Of a DNA stretch of 51,555 bases, positions 24,369-33,935 are shown in pieces. Positions within the stretch are counted from its first letter, which is position 1. The number at the start of each line of letters is the position of its first letter. This DNA is from an uncultured Clostridia bacterium (GTDB lineage Bacteria; Bacillota; Clostridia; Oscillospirales; Ruminococcaceae): the NCBI GenBank assembly GCA_947627945.1, contig CANQYC010000001.1, forward strand, positions 1 to 51,555. Direction: 5' to 3'. Made by a program: the position numbers and the translations under genes. Below the pieces are notes generated by a model. It searched no databases. It saw only the letters and a list, made by a program, of their open reading frames with translations, and was not told the DNA's origin.

Positions 24369-27300
24369 ATGAAGATGAATACAATGAAGAAAGCACTGGC
24401 TGCACTTTTGGCGGCTGCCACAGTGGCAAGCTCTGTCGGTATGGCTGGTGTACAGGCGTTGACGATCACGCCGAATGATCTGCTGACTTCCACAGCAAGC
24501 AGCTCCACGGTCGAGGTGACTGCCTCAGCAGGCTATGCGGAGGGTGCCTATGCGGAATGGGGTGCCGTTTCCGGCGCATCCGGCTACAATGTCTATGCAG
24601 ACGGCACAAAGGTCGACAGCATGCTGATCCGCCAGTATCCGAGCTGTTTCCGTGTGGATGTGGTCGGTCTGAAAGCCGGCAGCCACACGCTCCGGATCGT
24701 ACCGATCCTTGACGGCAAGGAGGACGCTTCCAAAGCAGCGGAGGTGACCGCTTCTGCCACAGCACATGAGCGCACCGGCTTTGCCTTCGTGAATGGTACC
24801 TCCTCCGGTGCCTATAATGAGGACGGCACGCTTAAGAGCGATGCGACCGTTATCTATGTCACCGAGGCAAACAAGGACACGGTGACAGTGACGATGCCGA
24901 ACAAAAAGGGCGTTGACACGGAGCTGACCGGCGTGCAGAACATCATCACCAACATGAAGGACAATACCAAGTGCGGACCTCTCTGCGTGCGGCTGATCGG
25001 CAACATCACCGATCCTGCCGATATGCCGAAGGGCGATCTCATGGTGGATGCCGCTGTCAGCGGACTGACCGTTGAGGGCATCGGCACGGATACGGTATTC
25101 AATGGCTTCGGACTTGTCATCAAGAATTCCTCCAATGTCGAGGTGCGCAACATCGGCTTTATGAACTGTGACTCCGACGAGGGGGACAATGTCGGATTGC
25201 AGCAGAAAAATGATCATATCTGGGTACATCACTGCGACATGTTCTACGGTTCTGCCGGGTCGGATGCCGATCAAGTCAAGGGCGACGGCGCATTGGATAC
25301 CAAGACATCCACCTATGTGACGCATTCCTATAACCATTTCTGGGACAACGGCAAGTGCAATCTGCAGGGCATGAAATCCGAGAGTACGGAGAACTATGCG
25401 ACCTACCATCATAACTGGTATGACCATTCCGACTCCCGCCATCCCCGCATCCGGACATGTACAGTACATAGCTACAACAATTATTATGACGGCAATGCCA
25501 AGTACGGTGTCGGTGCAACGATGGGATGCTCTGTCTTTGTCGAGAACAACTACTTCCGCAACTGCAAATACCCGATGCTCGCTTCCATGCAGGGTTCCGA
25601 TATTGCAGAGGGTGAGGGTACCTTCTCCGGCGAGGACGGCGGTGTGATCAAGTCCTATGGCAACTACATGACAGGGCAGAAGGGCTATGTCACCTATCAG
25701 CAGGACGGCACGGAATTCGATGCCTATGAGGCTTCTTCCCGTGATGAGCAGGTGCCTTCCTCCGTAAAGACCAAGCAGGGCGGCACGGCATATAATAACT
25801 TCGATACCAACAGCAGCCTGATGTACAGCTATACCCCGGATCCGGCAGAAGATGTGCCCGCCATCGTCATGGCAAATGCCGGACGTGTGCAGGGCGGCGA
25901 CTTCAAGTGGACATTCACAGAGGCAGACGATGCAAGCTATACCGTGGATCAGGCACTGAAAGATGCACTGGTGGCATATAAGGGCACTGTGGTCGCCATC
26001 GGCAGCGGTTTCACAGATTCCACCGAAACACCGCCTGCAACAGAACCGCCCGTGACGGAACCTCCGGTGACAGAGGCACCGCCCACAGAACCGCAGCCCA
26101 CGGACCCGCAGCCGACAGACCCGAAGCCTACAGATCCGGTCGTTACACCGTCTGTGTCCTATACGCAGGTCATTTACGCATCCCCCAAGGGCGGCGGCTC
26201 CGGTAAGACGGAAAGTGACCCGACCGATGTCCTGACAGCGATCCAGACTGTTCCGGCAGGCGGCATCATCTACCTGCTTGCGGGAACATACCAGTACACC
26301 GACACGATCCTCATCGACCAGAACAACAGCGGTGAAGCCGGCAAGTACAAGACCATCGCCGCATATCAGGGTGCGGATGTCGTCTTTGATTTCACCGGGC
26401 AGGCAGTCGGCAATTCGGCAAGAGGCTTTGTGCTGGATGGAAGCTACTGGCATTTCTATGGCTTTGAGATCACACAGGCAGGCGACAACGGCATGCTCCT
26501 TTCGGGTGATCACAACATCATCGAAATGATGGTCTTTAATGACAATGAAGACACCGGTCTCCAGATCTCCCGGTACAGAACGGATGCCGCTGCCATTGCG
26601 GACTGGCCGTCAGACAACCTCATCAAGAACTGCACATCGAAAAACAACTGCGATGAGGCAACGATGGAGAATGCCGACGGATTTGCCGCAAAGCTGACCT
26701 GCGGCGAGGGCAATGTCTTTGACGGATGCCTCTCGTACAACAATTCCGATGACGGCTGGGATCTCTATGCCAAGGAAGAGACCGGACCGATCGGCGTAGT
26801 CACGATCCGAAACTGCGTTGCGTTCCGGAATGGATTCACCGAGGATGGCAGAGGCTACGGCGATGCAGACGGCAACGGCTTCAAGCTCGGCGGCGGCGGT
26901 ATCGGCACACGCCATGTGGTCGAGAACTGTCTGGCATTCGAGAACCTTAACTGCGGCTTTACGGATAACAACAATCCGGAATTCGGCGATATGAAGAACT
27001 GCACCGCCTACAATAACGGCGTCGGCGGCAAGGGAAAGGCAAACTACATGGTATACCGCTGTGCTACAACAGCGACGTTCGAGAATATGATGTCCTACCT
27101 CAACACCGATCTGCTTTCCCAGACCGGCGCAGCCGGCATCAAGATCTCCAATGACAAGTTTGTCGGCTCCATGAAGAATTCCATCTACTACAACAGCAAG
27201 TATTATCTGGCAACGCAGGAGACGATGGAGAACGGTTCCAAGCTGGGCGATGTCATCACGCCGGAGACAACGGACTTCATTTCTCTGCATGCACCGGAGA

Positions 27301-27743
27301 TGGGGACAGATCTCCACAAGGTATGGCGTAACGAGGACGGTTCCCCGCAGCCGGACGGCTTTGCGGAGACGCCGGAGAACGGTACCTACGCTTCTATCGG
27401 CTACCATATGCAGAAGGGCGTGACACAGATCCCGACTCCGGCGATCGGATATGGCAGCAGCACAGAGCCTGTCGAGCCGACAGAAACACCGACCGAGACG
27501 CCCGAACCGACCGAGACAACGCCATCCGTTACAAAGGACTACGGCAATGTCAACGAGGATAATGAGATCTCCATTTCTGACGTGATCCAGCTGAACAAGT
27601 ATCTGCTTGGCGACACGAACGCCGTTTCTGAACAGGGCTTGCAAAATGCAGACGTAGATGATAACGGTATGATAGAGTCTGTGGATTCTCTCAACATTCT
27701 CAAGTACTGTGTACAGCTGATCAGTGAATTTCCTGTGAAGTAA
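24369..27743 (+). CDS. secreted bimodular pectate lyase (PL1-like + PL9-like beta-helix modules) with a C-terminal type I dockerin
   Basis: There is a signal peptide. PL1 motifs are IWVHHCDM...GDGALD...SRHPRIR...HSYNNYY. A Pro/Thr linker (TEPPVTEPPVTEAPPTEPQPTDPQPTDPKPTDP) follows. The second beta-helix has NADGFAAKL...NNSDDGWDLY...GNGFKLGG. The dockerin is NEDNEISISDVIQLNKYLLG...DVDDNGMIESVDSLNILKY. Confidence 0.9.
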   Translation: MKMNTMKKALAALLAAATVASSVGMAGVQALTITPNDLLTSTASSSTVEVTASAGYAEGAYAEWGAVSGASGYNVYADGTKVDSMLIRQYPSCFRVDVVGLKAGSHTLRIVPILDGKEDASKAAEVTASATAHERTGFAFVNGTSSGAYNEDGTLKSDATVIYVTEANKDTVTVTMPNKKGVDTELTGVQNIITNMKDNTKCGPLCVRLIGNITDPADMPKGDLMVDAAVSGLTVEGIGTDTVFNGFGLVIKNSSNVEVRNIGFMNCDSDEGDNVGLQQKNDHIWVHHCDMFYGSAGSDADQVKGDGALDTKTSTYVTHSYNHFWDNGKCNLQGMKSESTENYATYHHNWYDHSDSRHPRIRTCTVHSYNNYYDGNAKYGVGATMGCSVFVENNYFRNCKYPMLASMQGSDIAEGEGTFSGEDGGVIKSYGNYMTGQKGYVTYQQDGTEFDAYEASSRDEQVPSSVKTKQGGTAYNNFDTNSSLMYSYTPDPAEDVPAIVMANAGRVQGGDFKWTFTEADDASYTVDQALKDALVAYKGTVVAIGSGFTDSTETPPATEPPVTEPPVTEAPPTEPQPTDPQPTDPKPTDPVVTPSVSYTQVIYASPKGGGSGKTESDPTDVLTAIQTVPAGGIIYLLAGTYQYTDTILIDQNNSGEAGKYKTIAAYQGADVVFDFTGQAVGNSARGFVLDGSYWHFYGFEITQAGDNGMLLSGDHNIIEMMVFNDNEDTGLQISRYRTDAAAIADWPSDNLIKNCTSKNNCDEATMENADGFAAKLTCGEGNVFDGCLSYNNSDDGWDLYAKEETGPIGVVTIRNCVAFRNGFTEDGRGYGDADGNGFKLGGGGIGTRHVVENCLAFENLNCGFTDNNNPEFGDMKNCTAYNNGVGGKGKANYMVYRCATTATFENMMSYLNTDLLSQTGAAGIKISNDKFVGSMKNSIYYNSKYYLATQETMENGSKLGDVITPETTDFISLHAPEMGTDLHKVWRNEDGSPQPDGFAETPENGTYASIGYHMQKGVTQIPTPAIGYGSSTEPVEPTETPTETPEPTETTPSVTKDYGNVNEDNEISISDVIQLNKYLLGDTNAVSEQGLQNADVDDNGMIESVDSLNILKYCVQLISEFPVK

Positions 27744-27791
27744 AATAACTTGGATCCGCAGAGTTCCTCTAAAAAGGCAGTATGACAAAAA

Positions 27792-27819
27792 AGCAGACCC
27801 GGTGCAAACCGGGTCTGCT
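27792..27819. terminator. bidirectional intrinsic terminator
   Basis: AGCAGACCCGG-TGCAAA-CCGGGTCTGCT flanked by A- and T-runs. It sits between convergent genes. Confidence 0.8.
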
Positions 27820-27847
27820 CTGTTTCAAAAGGGGGGAAAATGACAGA

Positions 27848-29644
27848 TCATTTCTTCTGCGGTGAATCCTGAAGTGCATCATAGCCACGTTCACCGGTAC
27901 GCACCTTGACAACATCCTCCACATCGTAGATGAAGATCTTGCCGTCGCCGATGTTGCCGGTATACAGTGCCTTGCGTGCAGCCTCGAGTGCTGTCTCAAG
28001 CGGCACCTTGGTGATGACTGCCTCGACCTTGAACTTCGGATGCAGTGTCGGCAGCTCCTGCTTGATACCACGGTAATAGGCGGTATGTCCCATCTGTGTA
28101 CCGTAGCCGAGTACCTGTGTCACGGTGATGCCGTCGATACCCACGGCAGCCAGATTGGTCTGCAGCTCCTCCAGTTTACCCTGACGGCAGATGATGGAGA
28201 GCTTTGTGAGCTTTGCACCCTCACGAGCCACGGAGATCTCCGGGATCGGGGCAGATGCCTGCTGTGCCGTACCGCCGGACAGTTTCTGTGCGTCTGCGCC
28301 GAATACCTTTTGCAGCTCCTCGCTGTTGACATCGTGACGCTGTGCCTGACGGGTAGCGGTGATCATGGTATCTGCTGCCGGTGCAAAGTCGCCGTATGCG
28401 CTTGCGAGGTTATGCTCTGTCAGGTCAAGACCCACGATCTCTTCCTCCGCAGAGGCACGCAGACCAATGGTCTTTTTGATGATGAAGAATGTCACACCGA
28501 TGGTCACAGCCGTCCATGCGCCGACTGTCAGCAATGCAAGGCACTGGATGCCGAGCTGATGCAGACCGCCGCCATAGAACAGACCCTGTACAGTGTCATT
28601 GCCGGGGACGGATGTAGTCGCAAAGAGACCAACGGCAAAGGTACCCCACAGACCGTTGCAGAGATGCACAGCCACGGCACCGACCGGGTCATCGACATGG
28701 ATCACATGATCGAGGAACCATACACCAAAGACAACGACCAGACCGGATACGACGCCGACCGCAAAGGAACCGGCAGCATCCATGACATCGCAGCCTGCGG
28801 TGATGCCGACCAGACCGGCGAGGGATGCGTTCAGACACATGGAAACATCGGGCTTTCCGTACTTGATCCATGTAAAGAGCATGCAGACGCAGGTGGCAAC
28901 GGCAGGTGCGATCGTTGTTGTCACAAAGATGCTTGCAAGCTGTCCGCCGGAGGTCGCAGCGGCACCGTTAAAGCCATACCAGCCGAACCACAGGATAAAG
29001 CAGCCGAGTGCGCCGAGCGTCAGGGAGTGCCCCTGGATCGCACGTACCTTGACGACCTTGCCGTCCTTGTCACGCTTGAATTTACCGATACGGGCACCTT
29101 CGATCGCAGCACCGATGAGGGCGGAGATACCGCCGACATAGTGGATCGCACAGGAACCTGCGAAATCGTGAAAACCAAGCTCTGCCAGCCAGCCGCCGCC
29201 CCAGATCCAGTGCGCTTCGATCGGGTAGATCACGGCGGAGATGACTGCGGAATAGATACAGTAGCTCAGGAACTTGGTACGCTCTGCCATGGCACCGGAA
29301 ACGATGGTTGCGGTCGTGGCACAGAATACCAGATTGAACACGAAAGATTTCCAGTCAAAGTTTGCATAGTCCGAAAAGATGCCGATGGTCGGCAGTCCGA
29401 TGAATCCGCCGAGCGCATCCTCTCCGAGCAGCAGCCCGAAACCGAGGAAACTGAATACGACTGTACCGATACAGAAGTCCATCAGATTCTTCATAATGAT
29501 GTTGCCGGCATTCTTGGCACGGGTAAATCCAGTCTCCACCATGGCAAAACCTGCCTGCATAAAGAATACCAGTGCAGCACCGATCAGATACCAGATACCG
29601 AATATTTCCGTATCCGCCTGTGCAATTACTTCATTGACATCCAT
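27848..29644 (-). CDS. amt: ammonium transporter (Amt) fused to a C-terminal PII (GlnK/GlnB-like) domain
   Basis: Residues ~1-415 form the Amt part (FMQAGFAMVETGF, AIHYVGG, WFGWYGFNG). A linker of about 60 aa follows. Residues ~478-590 form the PII part (KLSIICRQGKLEEL, T-loop GYGTQMGHTAYYRG, GDGKIFIYDVEDVVKVRTGE). Confidence 0.9.
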   Translation of the reverse strand: MDVNEVIAQADTEIFGIWYLIGAALVFFMQAGFAMVETGFTRAKNAGNIIMKNLMDFCIGTVVFSFLGFGLLLGEDALGGFIGLPTIGIFSDYANFDWKSFVFNLVFCATTATIVSGAMAERTKFLSYCIYSAVISAVIYPIEAHWIWGGGWLAELGFHDFAGSCAIHYVGGISALIGAAIEGARIGKFKRDKDGKVVKVRAIQGHSLTLGALGCFILWFGWYGFNGAAATSGGQLASIFVTTTIAPAVATCVCMLFTWIKYGKPDVSMCLNASLAGLVGITAGCDVMDAAGSFAVGVVSGLVVVFGVWFLDHVIHVDDPVGAVAVHLCNGLWGTFAVGLFATTSVPGNDTVQGLFYGGGLHQLGIQCLALLTVGAWTAVTIGVTFFIIKKTIGLRASAEEEIVGLDLTEHNLASAYGDFAPAADTMITATRQAQRHDVNSEELQKVFGADAQKLSGGTAQQASAPIPEISVAREGAKLTKLSIICRQGKLEELQTNLAAVGIDGITVTQVLGYGTQMGHTAYYRGIKQELPTLHPKFKVEAVITKVPLETALEAARKALYTGNIGDGKIFIYDVEDVVKVRTGERGYDALQDSPQKK

Positions 29645-29694
29645 AAAAGCTCATCCTCTCTCAATGATAGAATGCCGGTTGGTACCGTTTCCGG

Positions 29695-29746
29695 CATAAA
29701 CAAAAGACGCTGAAACCATCCGTTACCATCCGATGGTTCCAGCGTC
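29695..29746 (-). terminator. intrinsic terminator inside the amt 5' leader (candidate attenuator)
   Basis: On the minus strand the sequence is GACGCTGGAACCATC-11 nt-GATGGTTTCAGCGTC, a 15-bp stem with one G-U pair. It is followed by TTTTGTTTAT. It lies between the predicted promoter and the ATG at 29644. Confidence 0.6.
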
Positions 29747-29765
29747 CTTGCTGTTTACAATACTT

Positions 29766-29794
29766 AGTTTACTCCTTTTCTCCGGTTTTGTCAA
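29766..29794 (-). promoter_or_regulatory. candidate amt promoter (TTGACA-17-TAAACT)
   Basis: The minus-strand hexamers are at 29794-29789 and 29771-29766. Confidence 0.5.
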
Positions 29795-29825
29795 GATGCA
29801 GAAGTGCGATATTTTTCTGACAACA

Positions 29826-29843
29826 TCACTAAAAATTTAGTGA
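29826..29843. promoter_or_regulatory. palindrome TCACTAAA-AA-TTTAGTGA upstream of the amt promoter
   Basis: The arms are perfect 8-bp repeats. The site is centred about 40 nt upstream of the -35 box. Confidence 0.4.
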
Positions 29844-29973
29844 AAAGCGACAATTGCTATGGTTTTCCGGCGGATGAGATATGAAAAATAAAGTAAGATG
29901 TGGTTTTGCTTTATTTTATTTTGTCTCAGGCTGAAAAAAGAGAAACGCCCCCCGCTGCGCCATGCAGCAGGGC

Positions 29974-30002
29974 AAAAAAATCAGGAGCAAAAATGCTCCT
30001 GA
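29974..30002 (-). terminator. intrinsic terminator after rpmB
   Basis: TCAGGAGCA-4 nt loop-TGCTCCTGA followed on the minus strand by T7. Confidence 0.8.
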
Positions 30003-30025
30003 ATCTTTTCCTGTTTTCCAGAACC

Positions 30026-30211
30026 TTATGCACGCTCTACCTTACCGGAACGCAGGCATCTGGAGCATACATAGATATGGCAGGGAGTTCCCTTCACAAC
30101 TGCCTTCACACGCTGTACATTGGGTTTCCAAGCTCTGTTGGACAACTTGTGGGAGTGGGACACCTTGTTGCCGAACGTCACACCCTTACCGCAGATCTCA
30201 CACTTTGCCAT
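30026..30211 (-). CDS. rpmB: 50S ribosomal protein L28
   Basis: MAKCEICGKGVTFGNKVSHSHKLSNRAWKPNVQRVK. The ATG at 30211 follows AAGGAGG. Confidence 0.95.
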   Translation of the reverse strand: MAKCEICGKGVTFGNKVSHSHKLSNRAWKPNVQRVKAVVKGTPCHIYVCSRCLRSGKVERA

Positions 30212-30501
30212 GAAACACACCTCCTTCAATATGTAAAAAAACGCCCATGTATTATATTATAGCAGATTCTCCCTGAAAATGCAAGTGTTTTTTCTCATTT
30301 TTTCAAAAAAATTTTTTCCACCGTGAAAAATGACGGAATTTCGGGAAAATCTCTGTTAGTGAAAGGAAAAACCGGGAGAAATTGTGCAAAATCACTTGCA
30401 TTGCCGGTCAGTTTGTAGTATAATATAAGAAGTAACTGCGATCGCAGAGCCGTGTTTCCGGGCGTTATATCCGGAAAATGCCCCCGAAACGGAGGAATCA
30501 T

Positions 30502-31146
30502 ATGGGTATCCTGTCAACTGAAAGACTATTGCAGTATCTTATCCGCCTGATGGTCATTCTGCTCATCAATCCGCTGCATGAGTGCGCACACGCATTCGCC
30601 GCCTACAAGCTCGGCGACAACACCGCCAAGGACAAGGGCAGAATGACGCTTTCCCCGCTGGCGCATATTGACATATTTGGCGCACTGCTGCTGTTCTTCT
30701 ATGGCTTCGGCTGGGCAAAGCCCGTGCCTGTCAACCCGATGAATTTCAAGAAACGCCGCCTTGGCATGATGATCACCGCTGCCGCAGGACCGCTCACCAA
30801 CCTTGCAGCCGCCTACATCGGCATGGTCGTCATGCGCATGATCGGCGCACCTGTGACAGAGACGATGAGTTATGTCTATGTGATGCTCTACTACTTTGTG
30901 TTCATCAATATCAGTCTCTGCCTGTTCAATCTGATCCCCGTACCGCCGCTTGACGGCTCCCGGATCCTGAGTTTTTTCCTGCCGCCCCGTGCGGAACTGT
31001 TCATGATGCGCAATCAGGCATATTTTTATGCCGCAGTCATGGTACTGATGGTCACAGGCATCCTCAGTACGCCGCTGGGCTTTCTCTGTGAGCTTGTGTA
31101 CAGGCTGCTCGGTCTGCTGACATTATGGGTACCGGTGGTGATGTAG
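30502..31146 (+). CDS. M50-family (site-2 protease-like) membrane metalloprotease
   Basis: An HExxH motif (HECAHAF) and NLIPVPPLDGSRIL, with multiple TM segments. The ATG at 30502 follows GGAGGAA. Confidence 0.85.
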   Translation: MGILSTERLLQYLIRLMVILLINPLHECAHAFAAYKLGDNTAKDKGRMTLSPLAHIDIFGALLLFFYGFGWAKPVPVNPMNFKKRRLGMMITAAAGPLTNLAAAYIGMVVMRMIGAPVTETMSYVYVMLYYFVFINISLCLFNLIPVPPLDGSRILSFFLPPRAELFMMRNQAYFYAAVMVLMVTGILSTPLGFLCELVYRLLGLLTLWVPVVM

Positions 31147-31149
31147 TAC

Positions 31150-31857
31150 ATGGCGATCGAATTTCATCTTGAGGTCTTCACGGGTCCCCTCGATCTGCTG
31201 CTGCACCTGATCTCCAAACACAAGCTCAATATCTATGACATCGAGATCACCAAGCTCCTGGAACAATATCTGCTCTACATCGAGCAGGCAAAGGAGCAGG
31301 ATTTTGAGCTTGCCGGGGAATTTCTGGAAATGGCAGCCCGTCTCGTCTACATCAAGACCGCCTCGCTGCTCCCGAAACCGGAGGAAGCGGAGCGTGTCCG
31401 TCAGGAGCTGCAGGGTGCCCTGATCGAATACTCCCTCTGTCAGGAGGCGGCAAAGGCACTGCGGGAGCGTTTTGCAGGGAACGTGATCTTCGTCCGTTCC
31501 CCCATGCAGCTCCCGAAGGTGAATCAGGACTATGCACTGACGCATGACCCGGAGGAACTCCGCCAGACACTTGCCCGGCTCGGCAAGGCGCATCTGAACG
31601 GGCGGGCACTGTCGGAAAAGATCACCGACACGGTCACACAGGAACGTGTGGTCTCGGTGATGTCCAAGGTCGTATTTGTACTGCGCCGGCTGTTCGGCGG
31701 AGAGACAGTGACCGTCGCATCCCTGTATGAGGGCGTGACCGACCGGTCGGCACGGGTCGCCACCTTTCTGGCAGTGCTGGAGCTGACACGCTTCGGGCGC
31801 ATACGGCTCAATGAAGACAATTCCCTGTTGACAATGTGTGAAAGGAGGAGCAGCTGA
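31150..31857 (+). CDS. scpA: segregation and condensation protein A
   Basis: FTGPLDLLLHLISKHKLNIYDIEITKLLEQYL is the typical ScpA N-terminus. Confidence 0.92.
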   Translation: MAIEFHLEVFTGPLDLLLHLISKHKLNIYDIEITKLLEQYLLYIEQAKEQDFELAGEFLEMAARLVYIKTASLLPKPEEAERVRQELQGALIEYSLCQEAAKALRERFAGNVIFVRSPMQLPKVNQDYALTHDPEELRQTLARLGKAHLNGRALSEKITDTVTQERVVSVMSKVVFVLRRLFGGETVTVASLYEGVTDRSARVATFLAVLELTRFGRIRLNEDNSLLTMCERRSS

Positions 31858-32483
31858 TGGAGGAAAGGCTGATCGCATCGGCGGAAGCCATCCTGTTCGC
31901 AGCGGGAGAACCGGTCGCCCCGGCACGGCTGGCACAGGTACTGGAGATCCCCGAAGAACAGGTCGTTCTGCTGATGGGCAAACTTCAGGCACGCTATGAT
32001 GAAATGTACAGTGCCATTCAGGTACTCCGCCTCGGGGGATGCTATCAGCTCGGCACACGGGAGGAATTTTCCTCCCTCATCCGTGCGGCAATGGAACAGA
32101 AGCGGATGCAGCCGCTGACCAGTGCCGCCATGGAGGCACTCACGATCATTGCCTACAACCAACCCGCCAGCAAGGGATTTGTGGAGCGGGTGCGGGGCAT
32201 CGACAGCTCCTCCGTGGTCAACTCCCTTGTGGAAAAGGGGCTGCTCGAAGAAGCCGGGCGCATCGATGTGCCCGGACATCCCATAGGATACCGGACGACA
32301 CCGCTGTTTCTGCGGACATTCGGGCTTTCCTCGCTCGAGGATCTGCCTGTCCCAGCCGGAAAACCTCCGGATGAGGACTTTTCCGGGGAGCTGGATAGCT
32401 TTGCCGAGGAGGACACAGACATGGCACCGGACGGCGGTGAAGTGCCGCCGGAGCCGCAGGAAAGTCAGGTGGACAGCACATGA
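31857..32483 (+). CDS. scpB: segregation and condensation protein B
   Basis: EAILFAAGEPV, LTSAAMEALTIIAYNQPASKGFVERVRG and YRTTPLFLRTFGL. Its start overlaps the scpA stop. Confidence 0.92.
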   Translation: MEERLIASAEAILFAAGEPVAPARLAQVLEIPEEQVVLLMGKLQARYDEMYSAIQVLRLGGCYQLGTREEFSSLIRAAMEQKRMQPLTSAAMEALTIIAYNQPASKGFVERVRGIDSSSVVNSLVEKGLLEEAGRIDVPGHPIGYRTTPLFLRTFGLSSLEDLPVPAGKPPDEDFSGELDSFAEEDTDMAPDGGEVPPEPQESQVDST

Positions 32484-33283
32484 GGATCTTTCTGACAATT
32501 ATGCTCGTGCTGCTTGTCCTGCTGCTGGCGGTCTGCCTGTCCAATGCCGTGATCTCTCTGCGGTACTGGGACAATGCCTTTACATGGAGCATCCGGTATC
32601 TGGGTATCCGCATCCTGCCGAGGAAAAAGAAGCCGGAGAAAAAGTCCGCTGCCCCGGAGACGGATGCTGCGGCGGATACTGCCCCGGATGCAGAAGACAT
32701 GCCGGAGACGGATGCATCACAGGAAACTGTCGCAGAAACGCCGCCGGAGGGAACGCCCCCGCAGACGGATGCACAGGCACCTGCTGAAACGCCTACCGAG
32801 GATGACAAGGCGGCAGAAACCGAACCGGCGCAGGAGGAACAGAGACCGGCAAACAAGGACTTTGCGGTGGACAAGCTCCGGAAACTGATACAGGGGCTTT
32901 CGGAAAAGGCAGATCTGGCAGGAAGTGCCTTTGCCGCACTCCCGCCGCCGCTGAAACGGCTGCTCTGGTCTGTCAAACTCAGCCGGATCGAAACGGATAT
33001 CATTGTCGGCGGAGAAGATGCCGCAGACTGTGCCCGTCTCTATGGCATGATCTATGCGCTGCTTGAGCCGCTCATCGGCAACGCAGCACACACCTTCCGG
33101 GCAGGACAGCGCAAACTGTTCGTCCGGTGCGACTACACACGGGACACCAGCCAGTGGAATGCCGATGTGTGCATAAAAGTCAATGTCGGCATCGTCCTTT
33201 CCGCCGGCATCTGGCTGGCAGCACGGTTCCTGAAAGACCGCTGCCGTGCCCGGAAAACAACGGCGCAGTCCCCCCGTATCTGA
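32480..33283 (+). CDS. DUF2953/YtfI-like sporulation-associated membrane protein with an acidic low-complexity insert
   Basis: There is an N-terminal TM. Its position between scpB and ytfJ matches the conserved Firmicute arrangement. The start overlaps the scpB stop (ATGA). Confidence 0.7.
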   Translation: MRIFLTIMLVLLVLLLAVCLSNAVISLRYWDNAFTWSIRYLGIRILPRKKKPEKKSAAPETDAAADTAPDAEDMPETDASQETVAETPPEGTPPQTDAQAPAETPTEDDKAAETEPAQEEQRPANKDFAVDKLRKLIQGLSEKADLAGSAFAALPPPLKRLLWSVKLSRIETDIIVGGEDAADCARLYGMIYALLEPLIGNAAHTFRAGQRKLFVRCDYTRDTSQWNADVCIKVNVGIVLSAGIWLAARFLKDRCRARKTTAQSPRI

Positions 33284-33389
33284 CCCGGAGCTTCCGGGAT
33301 AGGAGGACTGCCGTCCCCATCTGTAAAACAGCTGCTGTGGCAGCTTTCAAATCTATCCGCGGCAGTGCCGCAGTAAGGAGTAAACTGCA

Positions 33390-33830
33390 ATGAGTGAACA
33401 TGCGATCAACAGTTATATGGGAATCAGTATGGAGAAGATCCGGAGTCTGGTCGATGCCAATACCATGCTCGGCGACCCCATCACCTGCGGAGACGGCACA
33501 ACGGTGATCCCGGTCTCCAAGGTCTCTGTGGGCTTTGCCTCCGGCGGATCCGATCTGCCGACACGAACCAGCAAGGAGTACTTTGCCGGCGGTGCCGGCG
33601 GCGGCATGAGCGTCAAGCCGGTGGGATTCCTTGTGGTCAAGCAGGGCGATGTGGAGCTGATCCAGCTCACGATGGGTGCCGACAAGGGCAATGTGCTGCT
33701 CGATATGCTGCCGGGTCTGATCGACAAGGTCTCCGGTCTGTTCGGCAAGAAGAAAAAGGACGATGCCCCGGAGGAAACGGAACCGGCAGAAGATCTGCCC
33801 AAAGTGGACAGCGAACTGGTCTCCGAATAA
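33390..33830 (+). CDS. ytfJ: GerW/YtfJ-family sporulation protein
   Basis: GDPITCGDGTTVIPVSKVSVGFASGGSD...GGAGGGMSVKPVGFLVV. Confidence 0.9.
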   Translation: MSEHAINSYMGISMEKIRSLVDANTMLGDPITCGDGTTVIPVSKVSVGFASGGSDLPTRTSKEYFAGGAGGGMSVKPVGFLVVKQGDVELIQLTMGADKGNVLLDMLPGLIDKVSGLFGKKKKDDAPEETEPAEDLPKVDSELVSE

Positions 33831-33935
33831 GCCTGCCCGCATATCCCGCCCCCTGTCCGCATAGGATGTAGTACGGATCCCGGAAAGACCGGAAGATCGC
33901 AGCAAACGCATCCCGGAGAAGGAGGACAAAAGGAT

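Noticed and set aside
24525-26513. 662-aa minus-strand ORF
   Set aside because: It is antisense to the pectate lyase gene, has no recognisable motifs and has a Cys/Arg/His-rich composition. It is a shadow ORF.
28040-29713. 557-aa plus-strand ORF
   Set aside because: It is antisense to the Amt-PII gene and is a shadow ORF.
29900-30262. 120-aa plus-strand ORF
   Set aside because: It overlaps rpmB (ribosomal protein L28) in antisense and spans that gene's terminator.
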